A stretch of DNA of 64,000 bases from Gammaproteobacteria bacterium (GTDB lineage: Bacteria; Pseudomonadota; Gammaproteobacteria; CBDDKY01), in assembly GCA_965230455.1 (NCBI GenBank), contig CBDDKY010000003.1:196039-260038 (forward strand), given 5' to 3'. The translations under genes were made by a program, and so were the position numbers. The notes beneath the pieces are model-generated. The model ran no database searches. It saw nothing but the letters and a program-made list of their open reading frames with translations, and was not told the DNA's origin. Shown piece after piece: positions 20,069 to 31,195 of this stretch (the stretch's first letter is position 1; every line of letters starts with the position of its first letter).

Positions 20069-21226
20069 CTACAACTTATGCAATAAGTTACGCGTTGCAA
20101 AACCCAATAAGGGGATATCCATGGCTTTACTCAACGCCATCACCTTAAAAAGCTCTCCCATCTCATGAGGCATCGTCAAACGCTGTACCTGTTGACTATA
20201 CTGGAGACGTTCTTTTTCCGAAGCGCCGTGCATGGCAGCTTCTACCCGTGCGGGCAACCCACAATTTACTAAAAACTGCGCCTGGTTGGTATAGCCTTCT
20301 ATTTGAAAGTCTGCCTCAAAGGCCGCTGTTGCTACCGCCGTGAAATCTACGTGAGCAGTAATATCCTGTAACCCCACCAAAAAAAACGGGTCATCATGGT
20401 GACGATGCCGATAATGGCAGTTTAAGGTTCCTTGGCTACGCTCGGCATGATAATATTCTCGCGCTGGAAAACCATAGTCAATCAATAGCACTACGCCTTT
20501 TTTCATAGCTTGAGATAAGCCCGCAAGCCACGGTTTCAGACGCGCATTAATTTCTGAGTGATAATCATTGACAAGCTTTAACCCTTGGCAGACAGAAGCT
20601 AACGGCTGTGAAGCCAGCTTAAGACACCAAGCCAAAGACGACTGTTTCGCTTCCACATAATATTCCCACGCTGTATTTTCAAACCACCGAAAACGACTCA
20701 CAGGCATCGCATCTAACACTTCATTAGCCAACACAATACCCACAAAATTTTCCGGCCACTGTTCTAACCATTGAACACGAGCAACAAGCTCTGGAATAGT
20801 AGCTGCAATTAATGCTCGCTGCCGTTCTCGCAAGGAGGCTGATATCTCCAATAAATAATAATTTTCAGGCAATTGACCCCATTTGGCCAAGTGCGTAAGA
20901 ACATCCACAGCCAAGCGGCCAGAGCCCGGTCCAATTTCTAACACATCTCCGCCCGCTAGGTTTTCTAACACCTCATGACATTGATAAGCTACACTCTGCC
21001 CAAAAAAACAAGAAAGCTCCGGGGCTGTCACAAAATCACCTGCCTGCCCAAACTTGCGTGTTTCAGAACAATAATACCCTAAGCCTGGGGTATAAAGGGC
21101 TTTTTCCATAAACACATCAAAGGGAATTGCACCACCCTGAGATTGTATTTCATCAAGAATATGCTGACGTAACACCAAACTCTGAGCTTTAGCCTCATCG
21201 CAAGGTTCAGGAAGTGTTTGCATCAT
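20069..21226 (-). CDS. SAM-dependent methyltransferase, MidA/NDUFAF7 family
   Basis: GDFVTAPELS, EIGPGSG, ANEVLDAMP, IDYGF, QDITAHVDF, MGELFKVM. Confidence 0.92.
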   Translation of the reverse strand: MMQTLPEPCDEAKAQSLVLRQHILDEIQSQGGAIPFDVFMEKALYTPGLGYYCSETRKFGQAGDFVTAPELSCFFGQSVAYQCHEVLENLAGGDVLEIGPGSGRLAVDVLTHLAKWGQLPENYYLLEISASLRERQRALIAATIPELVARVQWLEQWPENFVGIVLANEVLDAMPVSRFRWFENTAWEYYVEAKQSSLAWCLKLASQPLASVCQGLKLVNDYHSEINARLKPWLAGLSQAMKKGVVLLIDYGFPAREYYHAERSQGTLNCHYRHRHHDDPFFLVGLQDITAHVDFTAVATAAFEADFQIEGYTNQAQFLVNCGLPARVEAAMHGASEKERLQYSQQVQRLTMPHEMGELFKVMALSKAMDIPLLGFATRNLLHKL

Positions 21227-21450
21227 GAAAAAGAGCCACGGTAGAATATCTGCCCCACATTATACCGATGAGATAAAGGCATAGCCATGGAATCTTCTAA
21301 AAAAGTTGTAAGAGCAAAGCGGCTATTTTCGCTTACTGAAAAGCTATTTAAAAGCCTATGGTCGCCCACTAGCTGCTATCACGATAAGCACGATAAGCAC
21401 GGGATTGCCTTGACAAACCTAAATCCAACGCTTGAGGAATAAACAGCGCA

Positions 21451-21485
21451 AGATAATTGACTTGAAAATCAATTATCTCTATAAT
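21451..21485 (+). promoter_or_regulatory. Sigma70 promoter with an overlapping palindromic operator, probable TetR site
   Basis: TTGACT (21457-62), 17-nt spacer, TATAAT (21480-85); inverted repeat AGATAATTGA-N8-TCAATTATCT; AGGAGG SD at 21501. Confidence 0.75.
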
Positions 21486-21517
21486 GGCTTCACATTAAAT
21501 AGGAGGAACCCAAATTC

Positions 21518-22108
21518 GTGGCCAAAGTAACGCGCCCTAGCGCGGATAAAACCCGCAAAAAAATTCTGCAAGCGGCCAAAGTACTCTTTTTACAAAAAGG
21601 CTTTGATGGCACCTATATTAAACATATTGCAGAACGTGCCAAAGTGCATACCAATTTAATTTTTCATCACTTTACAGACAAAGCGGCACTTTGGCACCAA
21701 GTCAAAGCCCATATTTTAGCGAAAGACATTCAGGCACCTCAATATGATATGAGTTCTGCAAAAGCTTATTTCAAAAGCATCATTGCCCATCGCTTTGTTA
21801 TTTATAGCAAGCATCCTGATATAGCGCGGCTCATCCAGTGGCAACAACTCACTGATAAAGAGTCAGCGCTTATTGACATAGGCAAGCACTCGCCTAATCA
21901 ATGGCTGCAACCTTTTAGAGACTTTCAAGAAAAAAGCGAAATTCATACTAATGTGGAAGCAGAACAAATATTACTTTTCATTGTCTTTAGCAGTTATGCG
22001 CCATTTTTGCAGCAGGTAATACCACTACATCCAACTCAAATCGCACGTTATGAAAACATGCTTTTCACCATGTGCTGTCAACAATTTTTAACTGTTGAAG
22101 AGGGCTAA
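21518..22108 (+). CDS. TetR/AcrR family regulator
   Basis: ILQAAKVLFLQKGFDGT..IAERAKV..LIFHHF..KAALW HTH. Confidence 0.92.
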   Translation: MAKVTRPSADKTRKKILQAAKVLFLQKGFDGTYIKHIAERAKVHTNLIFHHFTDKAALWHQVKAHILAKDIQAPQYDMSSAKAYFKSIIAHRFVIYSKHPDIARLIQWQQLTDKESALIDIGKHSPNQWLQPFRDFQEKSEIHTNVEAEQILLFIVFSSYAPFLQQVIPLHPTQIARYENMLFTMCCQQFLTVEEG

Positions 22109-22110
22109 CA

Positions 22111-23316
22111 ATGCCACCTTTTAGTACACAAAAAAGTCCTCCCTTGTGGCTGCTATTACCATTGATTGGTTTTACCCAGCTAAGTGAAACCATTTATTCG
22201 CCAGCGTTACCTAATATTGCCCATGCCATGGCAACCAGCAACAGCTGGGTGCAATGGACTTTAACCCTTTATTTTATGGGTTTTGCTTTTGGCGTTTTTA
22301 TCTGGGGCAGACTATCTGATAGCATTGGAAGGCGTTTAGCGCTCTTAGGTGGGTTAAGTTTCTATCTGTTAGGTAGCTTATTGTGCCTTACAGCCTCTCA
22401 TATTACAGCGTTACTTATCGCTCGTGCCGTACAAGGGTTTGGCGCCAGTGCAGGTTCTGTGGTCGTACAAATTATTGCGCGTGAAGCGCTCAGCGATAAA
22501 AAACGTCATACTTTTTTTTCTTCCATGGGATTTGTTTTAGCCTTTTCTATTACCTTAGGACCTTTTTTAGGTGGCTATTTAACCCAATGGTTTCATTGGC
22601 AGGCTAATTTTATGTTTTTAGTTTTCTTGGGCGTATTACTTATCGCCTTGTGTGGCTTTTGCTTACCAGAAACAAAGAGCTTTCATGCCAACAGTGAGGA
22701 AAACGTTCGGCCTATTACGGAAATCATCGGGCTATTTTTAAAGGACAAAAACATTCTGCTCGCCATTTTGCTTGTCTCTGGCGTTAATGGCATGCTGTTT
22801 AGCTATTATGCTGAGGCGCCTTTTCTTTTTATTAAATTACTTAAATTAACGCCAGGCATGTACGGTTGGTTGGGCAGTGGTATTGCTTTAGCGGCACTAC
22901 TCGGCAGTTTGAGCGCCAATGGTTTATTGCATCGCTTTCAGCCCAAAAAAGTTTTACAAGCAGGTGGAACTATTATGCTGATTAGCAGTATGGCATTGGC
23001 CTTACTGGCAAGCGTTGGTGTTATCAATGCAAAACATCAAGTGCTGTCTGGTGCCGTCATCTTATTTTCCATGATGGGCATCGTGTACGGTGGGTTTGGA
23101 TTTATCATCCCGATTACGCTTACCTCAGCATTAAAAGACTACCAAAAAACCTTGGGAACCGCGGGCGCCTTGTTTGGCTTGGGTTATTACGTTGGCATTG
23201 CACTCATCACCTGGCTGATGGGTTGGATACACAACGGAGGCCCATTACCCATGCCTTGGTATTTTTTCAGCATCAGCCTCCTGTGCCTCTGGGCTACTCG
23301 GCAATATCGCATGTAA
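22111..23316 (+). CDS. Bcr/CflA-like multidrug efflux MFS transporter
   Basis: IYSPALPNIA, GRLSDSIGRR, GPFLGGYL, LPET. Confidence 0.9.
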   Translation: MPPFSTQKSPPLWLLLPLIGFTQLSETIYSPALPNIAHAMATSNSWVQWTLTLYFMGFAFGVFIWGRLSDSIGRRLALLGGLSFYLLGSLLCLTASHITALLIARAVQGFGASAGSVVVQIIAREALSDKKRHTFFSSMGFVLAFSITLGPFLGGYLTQWFHWQANFMFLVFLGVLLIALCGFCLPETKSFHANSEENVRPITEIIGLFLKDKNILLAILLVSGVNGMLFSYYAEAPFLFIKLLKLTPGMYGWLGSGIALAALLGSLSANGLLHRFQPKKVLQAGGTIMLISSMALALLASVGVINAKHQVLSGAVILFSMMGIVYGGFGFIIPITLTSALKDYQKTLGTAGALFGLGYYVGIALITWLMGWIHNGGPLPMPWYFFSISLLCLWATRQYRM

Positions 23317-23389
23317 CGCTCAGCTTATTGCCCGTTCAGAAAACAATCAACTCACTAGGCTATACCTTAAGATACAATTGCTGTGTAAC

Positions 23390-23566
23390 CCTAAAATCCT
23401 CAGTTGAAATCTACTGCGGCCGCCTAACTCACCGAATCTAAAGGATTTTTCTCGATATTTTTTATTCACCGTATGGGTGATACGCTTTCACAAAAAATAT
23501 CGAGAAAAATCCTTTATCTTCAGCAACTAAGTCGGCCTCGCGACGATTTCAACTGAGGATTTTAGG
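23390..23566. mobile_element. MITE family A (CG stem variant)
   Basis: 177 bp, GTAAC target duplication. Confidence 0.92.
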
Positions 23567-23692
23567 GTAACGCTAAGATCTGTTGACTACGCTGCAATTT
23601 GCATAAAATGGGCGTGAAAACGCCCCTCTTTTTGACCTCATGCCATAACTTATGCATAATCCTAACCTGTTTCAATAAGATGGACGGAATTT

Positions 23693-25162
23693 ATGCAATC
23701 TCAGTCTGTGACAACTCACCCCGCCAAACAACCAACGGCTATGTATTTCCTATTTTTCACCACCATGTGGGAATACTTTAGCTATTATGGCATGCGCGCT
23801 TTACTCATTTTATTTATGACCAAAGCATTTTTATTTTCCGACGATAAATCTTATATTATCTATGGTGCTTATACTTCGCTCATCTATGTCACGCCCATTC
23901 TAGGTGGTTTCATTGCTGATAAAGTTTTTGGCTTTCGACGGGCTATTATCCTGGGTGGCATACTAATGGCCTTAGGGCACTTTACCTTAGCCTTTGGTCA
24001 ACAGTTTAGTTTTTTCCTTGCCTTAGGATTTTTGATTTCAGGTTATGGTTTATTTAAACCTAATGTTGCTTCCATGTTGGGTCTCATGTATGGACGTAAT
24101 GATCCTCGGCGTGACGCTGGATTTGTTTTATTTTATGTGGGGGCTAATTTTGGTGGCTTTCTTGCGCCTATCCTTTGTGCATTCGTTGCTGACAAATGGG
24201 GGTGGCACTATGGATTTGGACTAGCGGGCATTGGTATGTTAACAGGCTTAATAGTCTTTACGCTGGGCCAAAAAACCATGGGCGACAAAGGGCTTCCCCC
24301 CAGCAAGAAGAAATTAAACAAAGTGGTCTTCATACCAGGCCTTACGATGAATCGCCTAATCATCATTGGGGCCTTTCTGTTGGCACCTATCTCCGCGCTT
24401 GTCTTAAATAAAGGGTTTGCAGGTCCTGTTTTAAGCAGTATTGGGCTTATTGTTGGCATTATGTTGCTGTGGATTATGTATAACAGTACGCATGGGGAGC
24501 GTATACGCTTAATAGGTGTGATGTTGCTGATGGGCATTGGTACATTATTTTGGGCCTTTGATCAACAAATGGGTAGCTCCATTAACCTATTTACCGATAG
24601 AGATATTAATCGCGTTATTTTAGGCTGGCACATTCCTACGGCCATGTTCCAAGCAGTCAACCCTATGGTAGTATTAATTGCAGGCCCGCTATTTGCAGCC
24701 CTTTGGACTTATATGGCGCGCCGCAACCGCGAGCCCATGCCCAGTACAAAATTTGGTTTTGCTTTATTGCAGTTAACCTTGGGATTTGCTTGCCTTTCCC
24801 ACGGTGCACTCAATGCAGAAGCCACAGGCCAAGCCAGCATGCTCTGGCTTCTGGTAAGTTATTTATTTGTTTCTACCGGCGAGCTCTGCCTAGAGCCTAT
24901 CGGGTTATCCATGACAACTCACTATTCGCCGTTACGTGTCATCGGTGTCATGGTAGGAACCTGGTACATCATAACAGGCGCCATTGCTAATTTCGCAGCC
25001 GGAAAAATTGCAGAAATTGCCAGTGTCCCCAATAGTACCACAGCTTCTGCCCCCATTTATCATGAGGTCTTTCATGATATTATGTTAATTGCTCTAGCTT
25101 GTACCGTTATTACTTTTATTGTGGCACCTTTTATTAATAAGCTATTGCGTACTCGAAGCTAA
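23693..25162 (+). CDS. POT/PTR family di-/tripeptide:H+ symporter
   Basis: WEYFSYYGMRALL, GLFKPNVASMLG, ELCLEPIGLS. Confidence 0.93.
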   Translation: MQSQSVTTHPAKQPTAMYFLFFTTMWEYFSYYGMRALLILFMTKAFLFSDDKSYIIYGAYTSLIYVTPILGGFIADKVFGFRRAIILGGILMALGHFTLAFGQQFSFFLALGFLISGYGLFKPNVASMLGLMYGRNDPRRDAGFVLFYVGANFGGFLAPILCAFVADKWGWHYGFGLAGIGMLTGLIVFTLGQKTMGDKGLPPSKKKLNKVVFIPGLTMNRLIIIGAFLLAPISALVLNKGFAGPVLSSIGLIVGIMLLWIMYNSTHGERIRLIGVMLLMGIGTLFWAFDQQMGSSINLFTDRDINRVILGWHIPTAMFQAVNPMVVLIAGPLFAALWTYMARRNREPMPSTKFGFALLQLTLGFACLSHGALNAEATGQASMLWLLVSYLFVSTGELCLEPIGLSMTTHYSPLRVIGVMVGTWYIITGAIANFAAGKIAEIASVPNSTTASAPIYHEVFHDIMLIALACTVITFIVAPFINKLLRTRS

Positions 25163-25870
25163 AGGTGTTTTTAATTTAACTAAAATGCAAAGCAAAAGTG
25201 TATCAAAAAAAATAAGACCCAATAAGCCAGGAAAAAAAACAAACACTTGCGCAACATAAGCAGCTGATTGAAAACTTAGCGTTAGTGGGTCCAAGCTGGC
25301 GCTCCAAGAAGCAAAAATAACCAGCAAGCAGTAAAGAGACAAAACAACCGATAACAAAGCAGGCAATAGACCCAGTAAGCTTAACCCTATAATCTTGAGT
25401 CTATTGCCCTTAATCAATTGATGCAGCTTTAAACAATAAGCTTTATACTTACCTTCTTCGATACAAGACAATGGAAAGAGCAATAGATAATAAGGAAGAT
25501 AAAAGAAAAAAGGCACCACAAGCAACAATAAAAAGAACAGCCCCCACAATCTATTATAAAACCAAGTTAATAACACCCGCGGAGAAACCTCAACGCTACG
25601 CTTTACGACAGCTTGCAACCCCACAGACACATCTGTATCCATGCGCATCCAGATAGCATTGACTAAAACCAATTTCCACACAACAAATACAAAAGGAAAA
25701 CAAATAATTATAAAATGCTCACTCTTGGGGAAAAAATCTCCTAACACGTTAAACAAAGGAAGCACGAAACCCGCCAACAACAAACTCATTAAACTATTAA
25801 AAAGCCAGTTATCAACAAAGAGCTGCGAGGCTTCAAGAAAAATAGGTTTAATCGGCAGGTTAGTTTTCAT
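25142..25870 (-). CDS. Integral membrane protein, last gene of the tss-like operon
   Basis: 5-6 TM helices; starts 8 nt after the tssM stop. Confidence 0.7.
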   Translation of the reverse strand: MKTNLPIKPIFLEASQLFVDNWLFNSLMSLLLAGFVLPLFNVLGDFFPKSEHFIIICFPFVFVVWKLVLVNAIWMRMDTDVSVGLQAVVKRSVEVSPRVLLTWFYNRLWGLFFLLLLVVPFFFYLPYYLLLFPLSCIEEGKYKAYCLKLHQLIKGNRLKIIGLSLLGLLPALLSVVLSLYCLLVIFASWSASLDPLTLSFQSAAYVAQVFVFFPGLLGLIFFDTLLLCILVKLKTPLASSTQ

Positions 25871-25878
25871 AAAAAATC

Positions 25879-28800
25879 CTATAGCTGAGGTAGCCTAAAC
25901 CCTTTAAGGCTTTGTAGCGTCCAAAAAGAAAAAGGCTCGGCACTCAGCAGTGAAAAATTAGCCTTATAACCATGAACGACTAATGCCAGTTTGTATTCTT
26001 CCTGTGGAATTGAAACCGAAAATTTACTGTCATCTAACCACCTAAATAATGACCAAGGACCATCATAATGGCGAATATAGCAATGCTCATCAAAATCACA
26101 CAGTTTAATTGAAATCAATTCTAGCGCCTTTGGAAAAGGCCACGTTATACTATAGCGTTCAATAGGCCCATGTTGGTAAAAAATATTTTTTCCCGCAATG
26201 CTAAGATTCAAAGAAATAGCCCTCCCATCTAAATTTTTGGGTGCCAATAGAAACAAGCGAGAAAACTTATCTGTACCTACCTTAAAATATTGCTGTGTGA
26301 TAGTATTTGCTTGTTTAAACCTCTTCAGATCAAGCGTTGATAACGCCAACCCTAATCCATCTCGTTTAAAGGAAACCCACGCTTCACCACGCGTATCAAC
26401 AAAGTCTTTTATATAGGTATCAAAAAATGTCTGCATAATGCCAGAATAACCAAAAAACACTTTAAACTTATCTACACTGGCTTGTCGAGTGCTTTGAACA
26501 TAGAAAGGATATTTACCTTGCAAATAAGCATTAAAATACAAACTGATTTTTTGATGAAACAAGCGATGAACTTCATCTTGAGACTGTTGCAAAATCAGCT
26601 GCCAAGCGTTATCAGCCAACGTGTTTAGCCATTGCTTTAATGGGTAAGGAGCGTTTTTAGCTTGTTCTCTAAGTGTCGCAATCGGGTTGCCTTTAACAGA
26701 TTTTATATAGTTTCTTGCTGCATTTAAGGCGGCAAGCCCAACATCAGAAGACTGTCTTATGGTGCTCAAATAATCACGTAGCGCATTTAAATTAGCAAAG
26801 GTTTCTTTTAATGATTGGTGTTTTTGAATGTATTGATTTACTGCCAAAAACTGTTCATTTACACTGATCTCAGATCCTGAAATGGTGCTAGTGTTTTCAT
26901 GGATAAAATTTAATGCTTTTTTAAGAGGGGAGTTTTGGCTAGTTAATTGATTTATTTCAGCAATCAATTGCGTCAGAGTGTTTGCTCGTTGAAGAGATAA
27001 GTCATTAATCCATGCTTTCCAAATGGCCGTATATTTTTCAGCATAATACTGGTTCAACTGAGAAAGCAGCTGTGCTTTAGATATACGCTCATGTTGTTCA
27101 CTCCAAATTTTTAGTTTATTATTATCATCAATCACGGTTTGTACAATAGTACTATTTTTGACTTTATAAACACGCAAAAATCCTTTTTCAGTAAAAAGTC
27201 CCGGTATAGGATTTTTTAAATTAACTGCAGGGAAAGCCTTAAAGAATGCCGCACCTAAAAATGATATTGTTGATAAAGGCGTAACACCATATTCATGAGC
27301 GTAATAAGTGAGCAATGCCCTTGCATGCACTAAAGGCCCAAGACTAGAGAGTTCATATCGTGTTCGGGAAATTAAACTACGGTCTAAAGGAAAGTAAACG
27401 GGGTTTCTAACTGTTACTTTTTGCAAATAGTTAAGTAAATCCTTATATCCTATCTTTTGAGCTGCTGACTGATCTTTAAGCAGAAACCCCATGGACGTTG
27501 ACACCTGCTGAAAGGGAACATCCGAATACTGACTAAACGCTAAATATCCAGCCAACCCCCAAAATTTATCCCCAACACTGACATCGCTTTTATTAAGCAT
27601 GTGTTGAAAAAAAATAGCCGCAGGAGGAAGCAAAAGTTCTTTTATCTGTCGCTGCTGCAGTTTATCAAGCTCAAAGCTTAATAAATAGTGTCCCACAAGC
27701 AATGATTTTAACCAAAAATTTTTTTTATTTAACCTTATAATATTGCTCACTCTGTCTAATCGTTCTAAAACTTTGCCACGCCGTAAGGAGACAGGATAAT
27801 TATCCTGGTAAATGTTTTTATTTTTTATGATTTCTTTTTCAACCTTGCTTACTTCCAGGCTGTTTTCTCGGTAACTGAAAAATAAGAAAAGCGAAAAAAC
27901 AACAAACAAAAAAGGAAAAACAAAAATCGTCACGTAGCTTTTTATTTGTTGATGATGCTCATATTTTTTATTTAAACCCAGCAGATGAGATTCTGGCAAA
28001 ATAATATTTTCCAGTGTTTTTGATAAAAAATAAGATCTTTGCTTATTAACCGCCACCCCCAATTTTCGTTCTTCTATAAAGTAGTCCTCCTCTAATGAGG
28101 GTGACAAAAAGTTAGTCGGATTCGCTTGCTGCTTAACACTGCTAAAAAAAACACCTCGAACAACAATGCTATTAGCACTGTTTAATTTTTCAAAAAGTGC
28201 TTCTAGCCAACTACAAATTCTCGAAGAGAAATATTCTATTTGCTTTAAAAACAAGAAAATCACTTGCCTCTGATTTGTATTTTTTTCCTTTGCCAATAGC
28301 ATCAAAGTCTGTTCTTGAAGATTTTCGATGAGAGTAGAAAATTGTACTTTCAATTGGCTACCTATTTTTAGGCCATCTCGACCATGCTTAGCGGGTAGTA
28401 AAAACCCTAATGGGAGCTTTGCATCTTCACTGTGCATATTCTGAAAAAAAGCATTAAACCCTAATACAGCATCAAGCTTTGTAACAAAAAAGTAAATAGG
28501 AACCTCAATGCTACACTGCCTGTTAAGCTCTTCAACCACTATTTTAAGCGCTATTATCTCTTTTTCCCAAACAGAACCATACTGCCCACATAATACATTA
28601 AGGCTTAATGTATAAATAATGCCACTCAACGGCTTTTTCCTATTTTGCCGCTTGAGTTTTGAAGTTAATTTTTTAGCTAGAACAGCCGTGTCGCGCTGGG
28701 TGTCTTGCACCCCACACTCTAAAAACACACTGTTATCAGCAATCAAAAAGTCAACACCAACAAAAGTATCTTTCAAATACTCTGGAACAGTTGAATTCCC

Positions 28801-29130
28801 TGGAATATTCCCCAATTCTAGGCAACAACTGCTTTTTCCACTACCTTTACTACCCATAACAAGATACCAAGGATAGTCTTTTAAATAAGACTTTTGCTTA
28901 GACAATAATTTTTTCGCTTTTGTGAGGATTTGTTTTTTCACAAGGGTTTTACGATGAAAAAATTTAACGCAAGCAGTCTTGGGTTTTTTTTCCCAAGGCA
29001 GAGGCGATGGAACTTCCTGCGTCGATGAAGTTAAATTAGGTAACAATCTCGGTCGCCTGCTACCGCATTGTTGGAAAAAACATAGGGCATATTTTTTAAA
29101 TCTATAGAGTAATTTAATTAACTTATTCAC
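25879..29130 (-). CDS. tssM: TssM/IcmF membrane-complex protein
   Basis: PWYLVMGSKGSGKS, PIYFFVTKLD..GF..FF, VRGVFFSS, GKYPF, GPWSLFRWLD; a single TM near aa 400. Confidence 0.9.
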   Translation of the reverse strand: MNKLIKLLYRFKKYALCFFQQCGSRRPRLLPNLTSSTQEVPSPLPWEKKPKTACVKFFHRKTLVKKQILTKAKKLLSKQKSYLKDYPWYLVMGSKGSGKSSCCLELGNIPGNSTVPEYLKDTFVGVDFLIADNSVFLECGVQDTQRDTAVLAKKLTSKLKRQNRKKPLSGIIYTLSLNVLCGQYGSVWEKEIIALKIVVEELNRQCSIEVPIYFFVTKLDAVLGFNAFFQNMHSEDAKLPLGFLLPAKHGRDGLKIGSQLKVQFSTLIENLQEQTLMLLAKEKNTNQRQVIFLFLKQIEYFSSRICSWLEALFEKLNSANSIVVRGVFFSSVKQQANPTNFLSPSLEEDYFIEERKLGVAVNKQRSYFLSKTLENIILPESHLLGLNKKYEHHQQIKSYVTIFVFPFLFVVFSLFLFFSYRENSLEVSKVEKEIIKNKNIYQDNYPVSLRRGKVLERLDRVSNIIRLNKKNFWLKSLLVGHYLLSFELDKLQQRQIKELLLPPAAIFFQHMLNKSDVSVGDKFWGLAGYLAFSQYSDVPFQQVSTSMGFLLKDQSAAQKIGYKDLLNYLQKVTVRNPVYFPLDRSLISRTRYELSSLGPLVHARALLTYYAHEYGVTPLSTISFLGAAFFKAFPAVNLKNPIPGLFTEKGFLRVYKVKNSTIVQTVIDDNNKLKIWSEQHERISKAQLLSQLNQYYAEKYTAIWKAWINDLSLQRANTLTQLIAEINQLTSQNSPLKKALNFIHENTSTISGSEISVNEQFLAVNQYIQKHQSLKETFANLNALRDYLSTIRQSSDVGLAALNAARNYIKSVKGNPIATLREQAKNAPYPLKQWLNTLADNAWQLILQQSQDEVHRLFHQKISLYFNAYLQGKYPFYVQSTRQASVDKFKVFFGYSGIMQTFFDTYIKDFVDTRGEAWVSFKRDGLGLALSTLDLKRFKQANTITQQYFKVGTDKFSRLFLLAPKNLDGRAISLNLSIAGKNIFYQHGPIERYSITWPFPKALELISIKLCDFDEHCYIRHYDGPWSLFRWLDDSKFSVSIPQEEYKLALVVHGYKANFSLLSAEPFSFWTLQSLKGFRLPQL

Positions 29131-29909
29131 TAAAACACACCACCCTTGTTATAGCCATGAGAAAAACTGACAAAAACTGTTACGGGCGATACCGTATAGA
29201 GCCTAGAAAGATTATCCAGTAACGGTTCGGTTTTTTGGTAAAAAAGCGTATTGAAAATAAAAAATAAAAGAACGCACAAGAAAAAACCACAAAGCCCTAC
29301 TACTTTTATATGCTTTTTCTTTCGTATTTTTTTAGCAATAGCATCATCAACATTAAAAGTGCTGCCTATCAAAGCTTTTCGTTGGTAGGGGCCAATGACG
29401 TCCAAAATTCTTTCTTGCCAATTTTCCCCCTCTCGTTTGGAAGCGCCATAAAACTTCCCTTCAAAACCCAACCGAAGCAACAAATAGACAAATTCCAAGG
29501 CATCTTTGTGCTGCGCCGGAGCCTTTAGGAACCTTTCTGATATCTCATAGAATTTCTCACCACCCCATGTTTCCTGATGAAAAAGACTTAGCAAACTTTG
29601 CTGACTCCACTGACTATCACGCCCCCACTCCCGGCTTAATACTGCCTCATCAATAGCAGCACACAAACAATATCTAAGTTTTATTAGCAAATTTTCATGA
29701 CAGATATCCATTAAATTTTCTTGAAAAGCATTCAATTGTTTTATGATTTTTTCTTGTAACAACATCGGTGCTGAATGGGTAGGGCTGCGCCCTATTTGTA
29801 TAATCAATACAATGAGCTTATCAGCCGCTTTAAGGATATAATTATTCCTCATAGTGCTCTTCTTCCCAAATCCCCCAAAGCTCAAGCTGCAAAGCAGGAA
29901 AGTCACCAC
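29130..29909 (-). CDS. tssL: TssL/DotU (IcmH) without an OmpA domain; true start probably near 29849
   Basis: RYCLCAAIDEAVL..WG..WSQQSLL..FHQETWGGEKFY, LGFEGKF, C-terminal TM. Confidence 0.92.
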   Translation of the reverse strand: MVTFLLCSLSFGGFGKKSTMRNNYILKAADKLIVLIIQIGRSPTHSAPMLLQEKIIKQLNAFQENLMDICHENLLIKLRYCLCAAIDEAVLSREWGRDSQWSQQSLLSLFHQETWGGEKFYEISERFLKAPAQHKDALEFVYLLLRLGFEGKFYGASKREGENWQERILDVIGPYQRKALIGSTFNVDDAIAKKIRKKKHIKVVGLCGFFLCVLLFFIFNTLFYQKTEPLLDNLSRLYTVSPVTVFVSFSHGYNKGGVF

Positions 29910-31194
29910 CTATATGTATAGCGAGCCCAGAACTCTCAGCAAGCTCTTCTGATAAGGCTTGCATTTCTAGAGAAAAATAGAGCGTATTTATTTTATAAGG
30001 AATTTGTCTTGGCGCAACCGATAACGCATGCACAGAAACTCCCGGCAATGAGCGGCTGACGAGTTCTTTTATTTTTTCTATAGCACTTATTTTAACATGT
30101 TGCTTGAAAGTTTTTTGCATTTTTTCCATCGGTACACGTGCTTGTGCTGACAAAATCAACTGCATTTTTTCTTCCACCTTGTTTTTTTTAAGCAGCATGT
30201 ACCAATAACCCCGAGGTTGTTTATCTAGAACTATTAATTTTGCTGTTTGCTGTAACGTAGCTGTTAACGCCTCATTCAAACGTCGAATTAAAGGCATGAA
30301 AGTCTCCGTAAGGTTGTGATGCTGATATGGATTATCTAATTGTGGACGACGCCTTTTTTGGGTGAAAGTCTCTAACTCTGCAAGACACGTATTTACTATT
30401 TCATAAACTTTAAAAGGGTGTATTGAGCCTTGTTGGGTATATTGATAAAACATCGCTTGATAACGGTTGATAGCTTGCAACATCAGTAGCTCACTCAACT
30501 CTCCCGCTGTCTGCGCTTTGCGTTGACGCAACCCTTCCGCCATACTATCTGCTCGCTGCGTCAAGCGTAAATACAGTGTATGCAGTAAATTTTTGAAGTT
30601 CATATCTGCGCCACTACAAAGGCTGCTTGCAAGAAAATCATTATCCAATTTAATAATATGGTTGCTATTAATTTCTTTAATGCGTGCAAGGGGAATGAAG
30701 CTATGCCCATGAAGAAAAGCTTCACCCATCAGTAAATGCGGCTGTAATTTTGCTACATTAATTTCTCCAGCCTCGCCACTTTCTTCATTAATATCTTGGC
30801 AAACTTGTTGAGCTAATAGGTATCTTGATATGCCGCGTGTCTCTTTGGCCATATTTTCAGCCTTGCCTTGCTGCTGCAGAGGAATCGCCAAATAGATAAG
30901 CTTTCCTTCTTCCTCATCATTTCCTTTTAAATGGAGAGGTTTTGGTAATTTATCTTTCCCCGGGCAATTAAAGTAAGTTCCATCCGGAAAAATCCCCGCT
31001 GCCGAATTCAACCCAATTTGCCCAACATCTAAGAGTGTTTCGTCTAGTTGAAGCTGTAACATTCCCCATCCGTAAGAAAATACCGCGCCCATTTTTTGAT
31101 GAAGCAATTGCTCTATATAAAAATTTTCTTGTTGAAAATGCTGCGGCTGCAAAAACATGCCTTCAGACCAAATCACTTTATTGTAAATAGGCAT
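29842..31194 (-). CDS. tssK: T6SS baseplate-membrane connector TssK
   Basis: KVIWSEGMFLQPQHFQQ, GIFPDGT, LPGV..APRQIPY. Confidence 0.93.
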   Translation of the reverse strand: MPIYNKVIWSEGMFLQPQHFQQENFYIEQLLHQKMGAVFSYGWGMLQLQLDETLLDVGQIGLNSAAGIFPDGTYFNCPGKDKLPKPLHLKGNDEEEGKLIYLAIPLQQQGKAENMAKETRGISRYLLAQQVCQDINEESGEAGEINVAKLQPHLLMGEAFLHGHSFIPLARIKEINSNHIIKLDNDFLASSLCSGADMNFKNLLHTLYLRLTQRADSMAEGLRQRKAQTAGELSELLMLQAINRYQAMFYQYTQQGSIHPFKVYEIVNTCLAELETFTQKRRRPQLDNPYQHHNLTETFMPLIRRLNEALTATLQQTAKLIVLDKQPRGYWYMLLKKNKVEEKMQLILSAQARVPMEKMQKTFKQHVKISAIEKIKELVSRSLPGVSVHALSVAPRQIPYKINTLYFSLEMQALSEELAESSGLAIHIGGDFPALQLELWGIWEEEHYEE

Positions 31195-31195
31195 G

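Noticed and set aside
21378-21402. Short tandem repeat (CACGATAAG)2
   Set aside because: Only two units; likely slippage with no evidence of function
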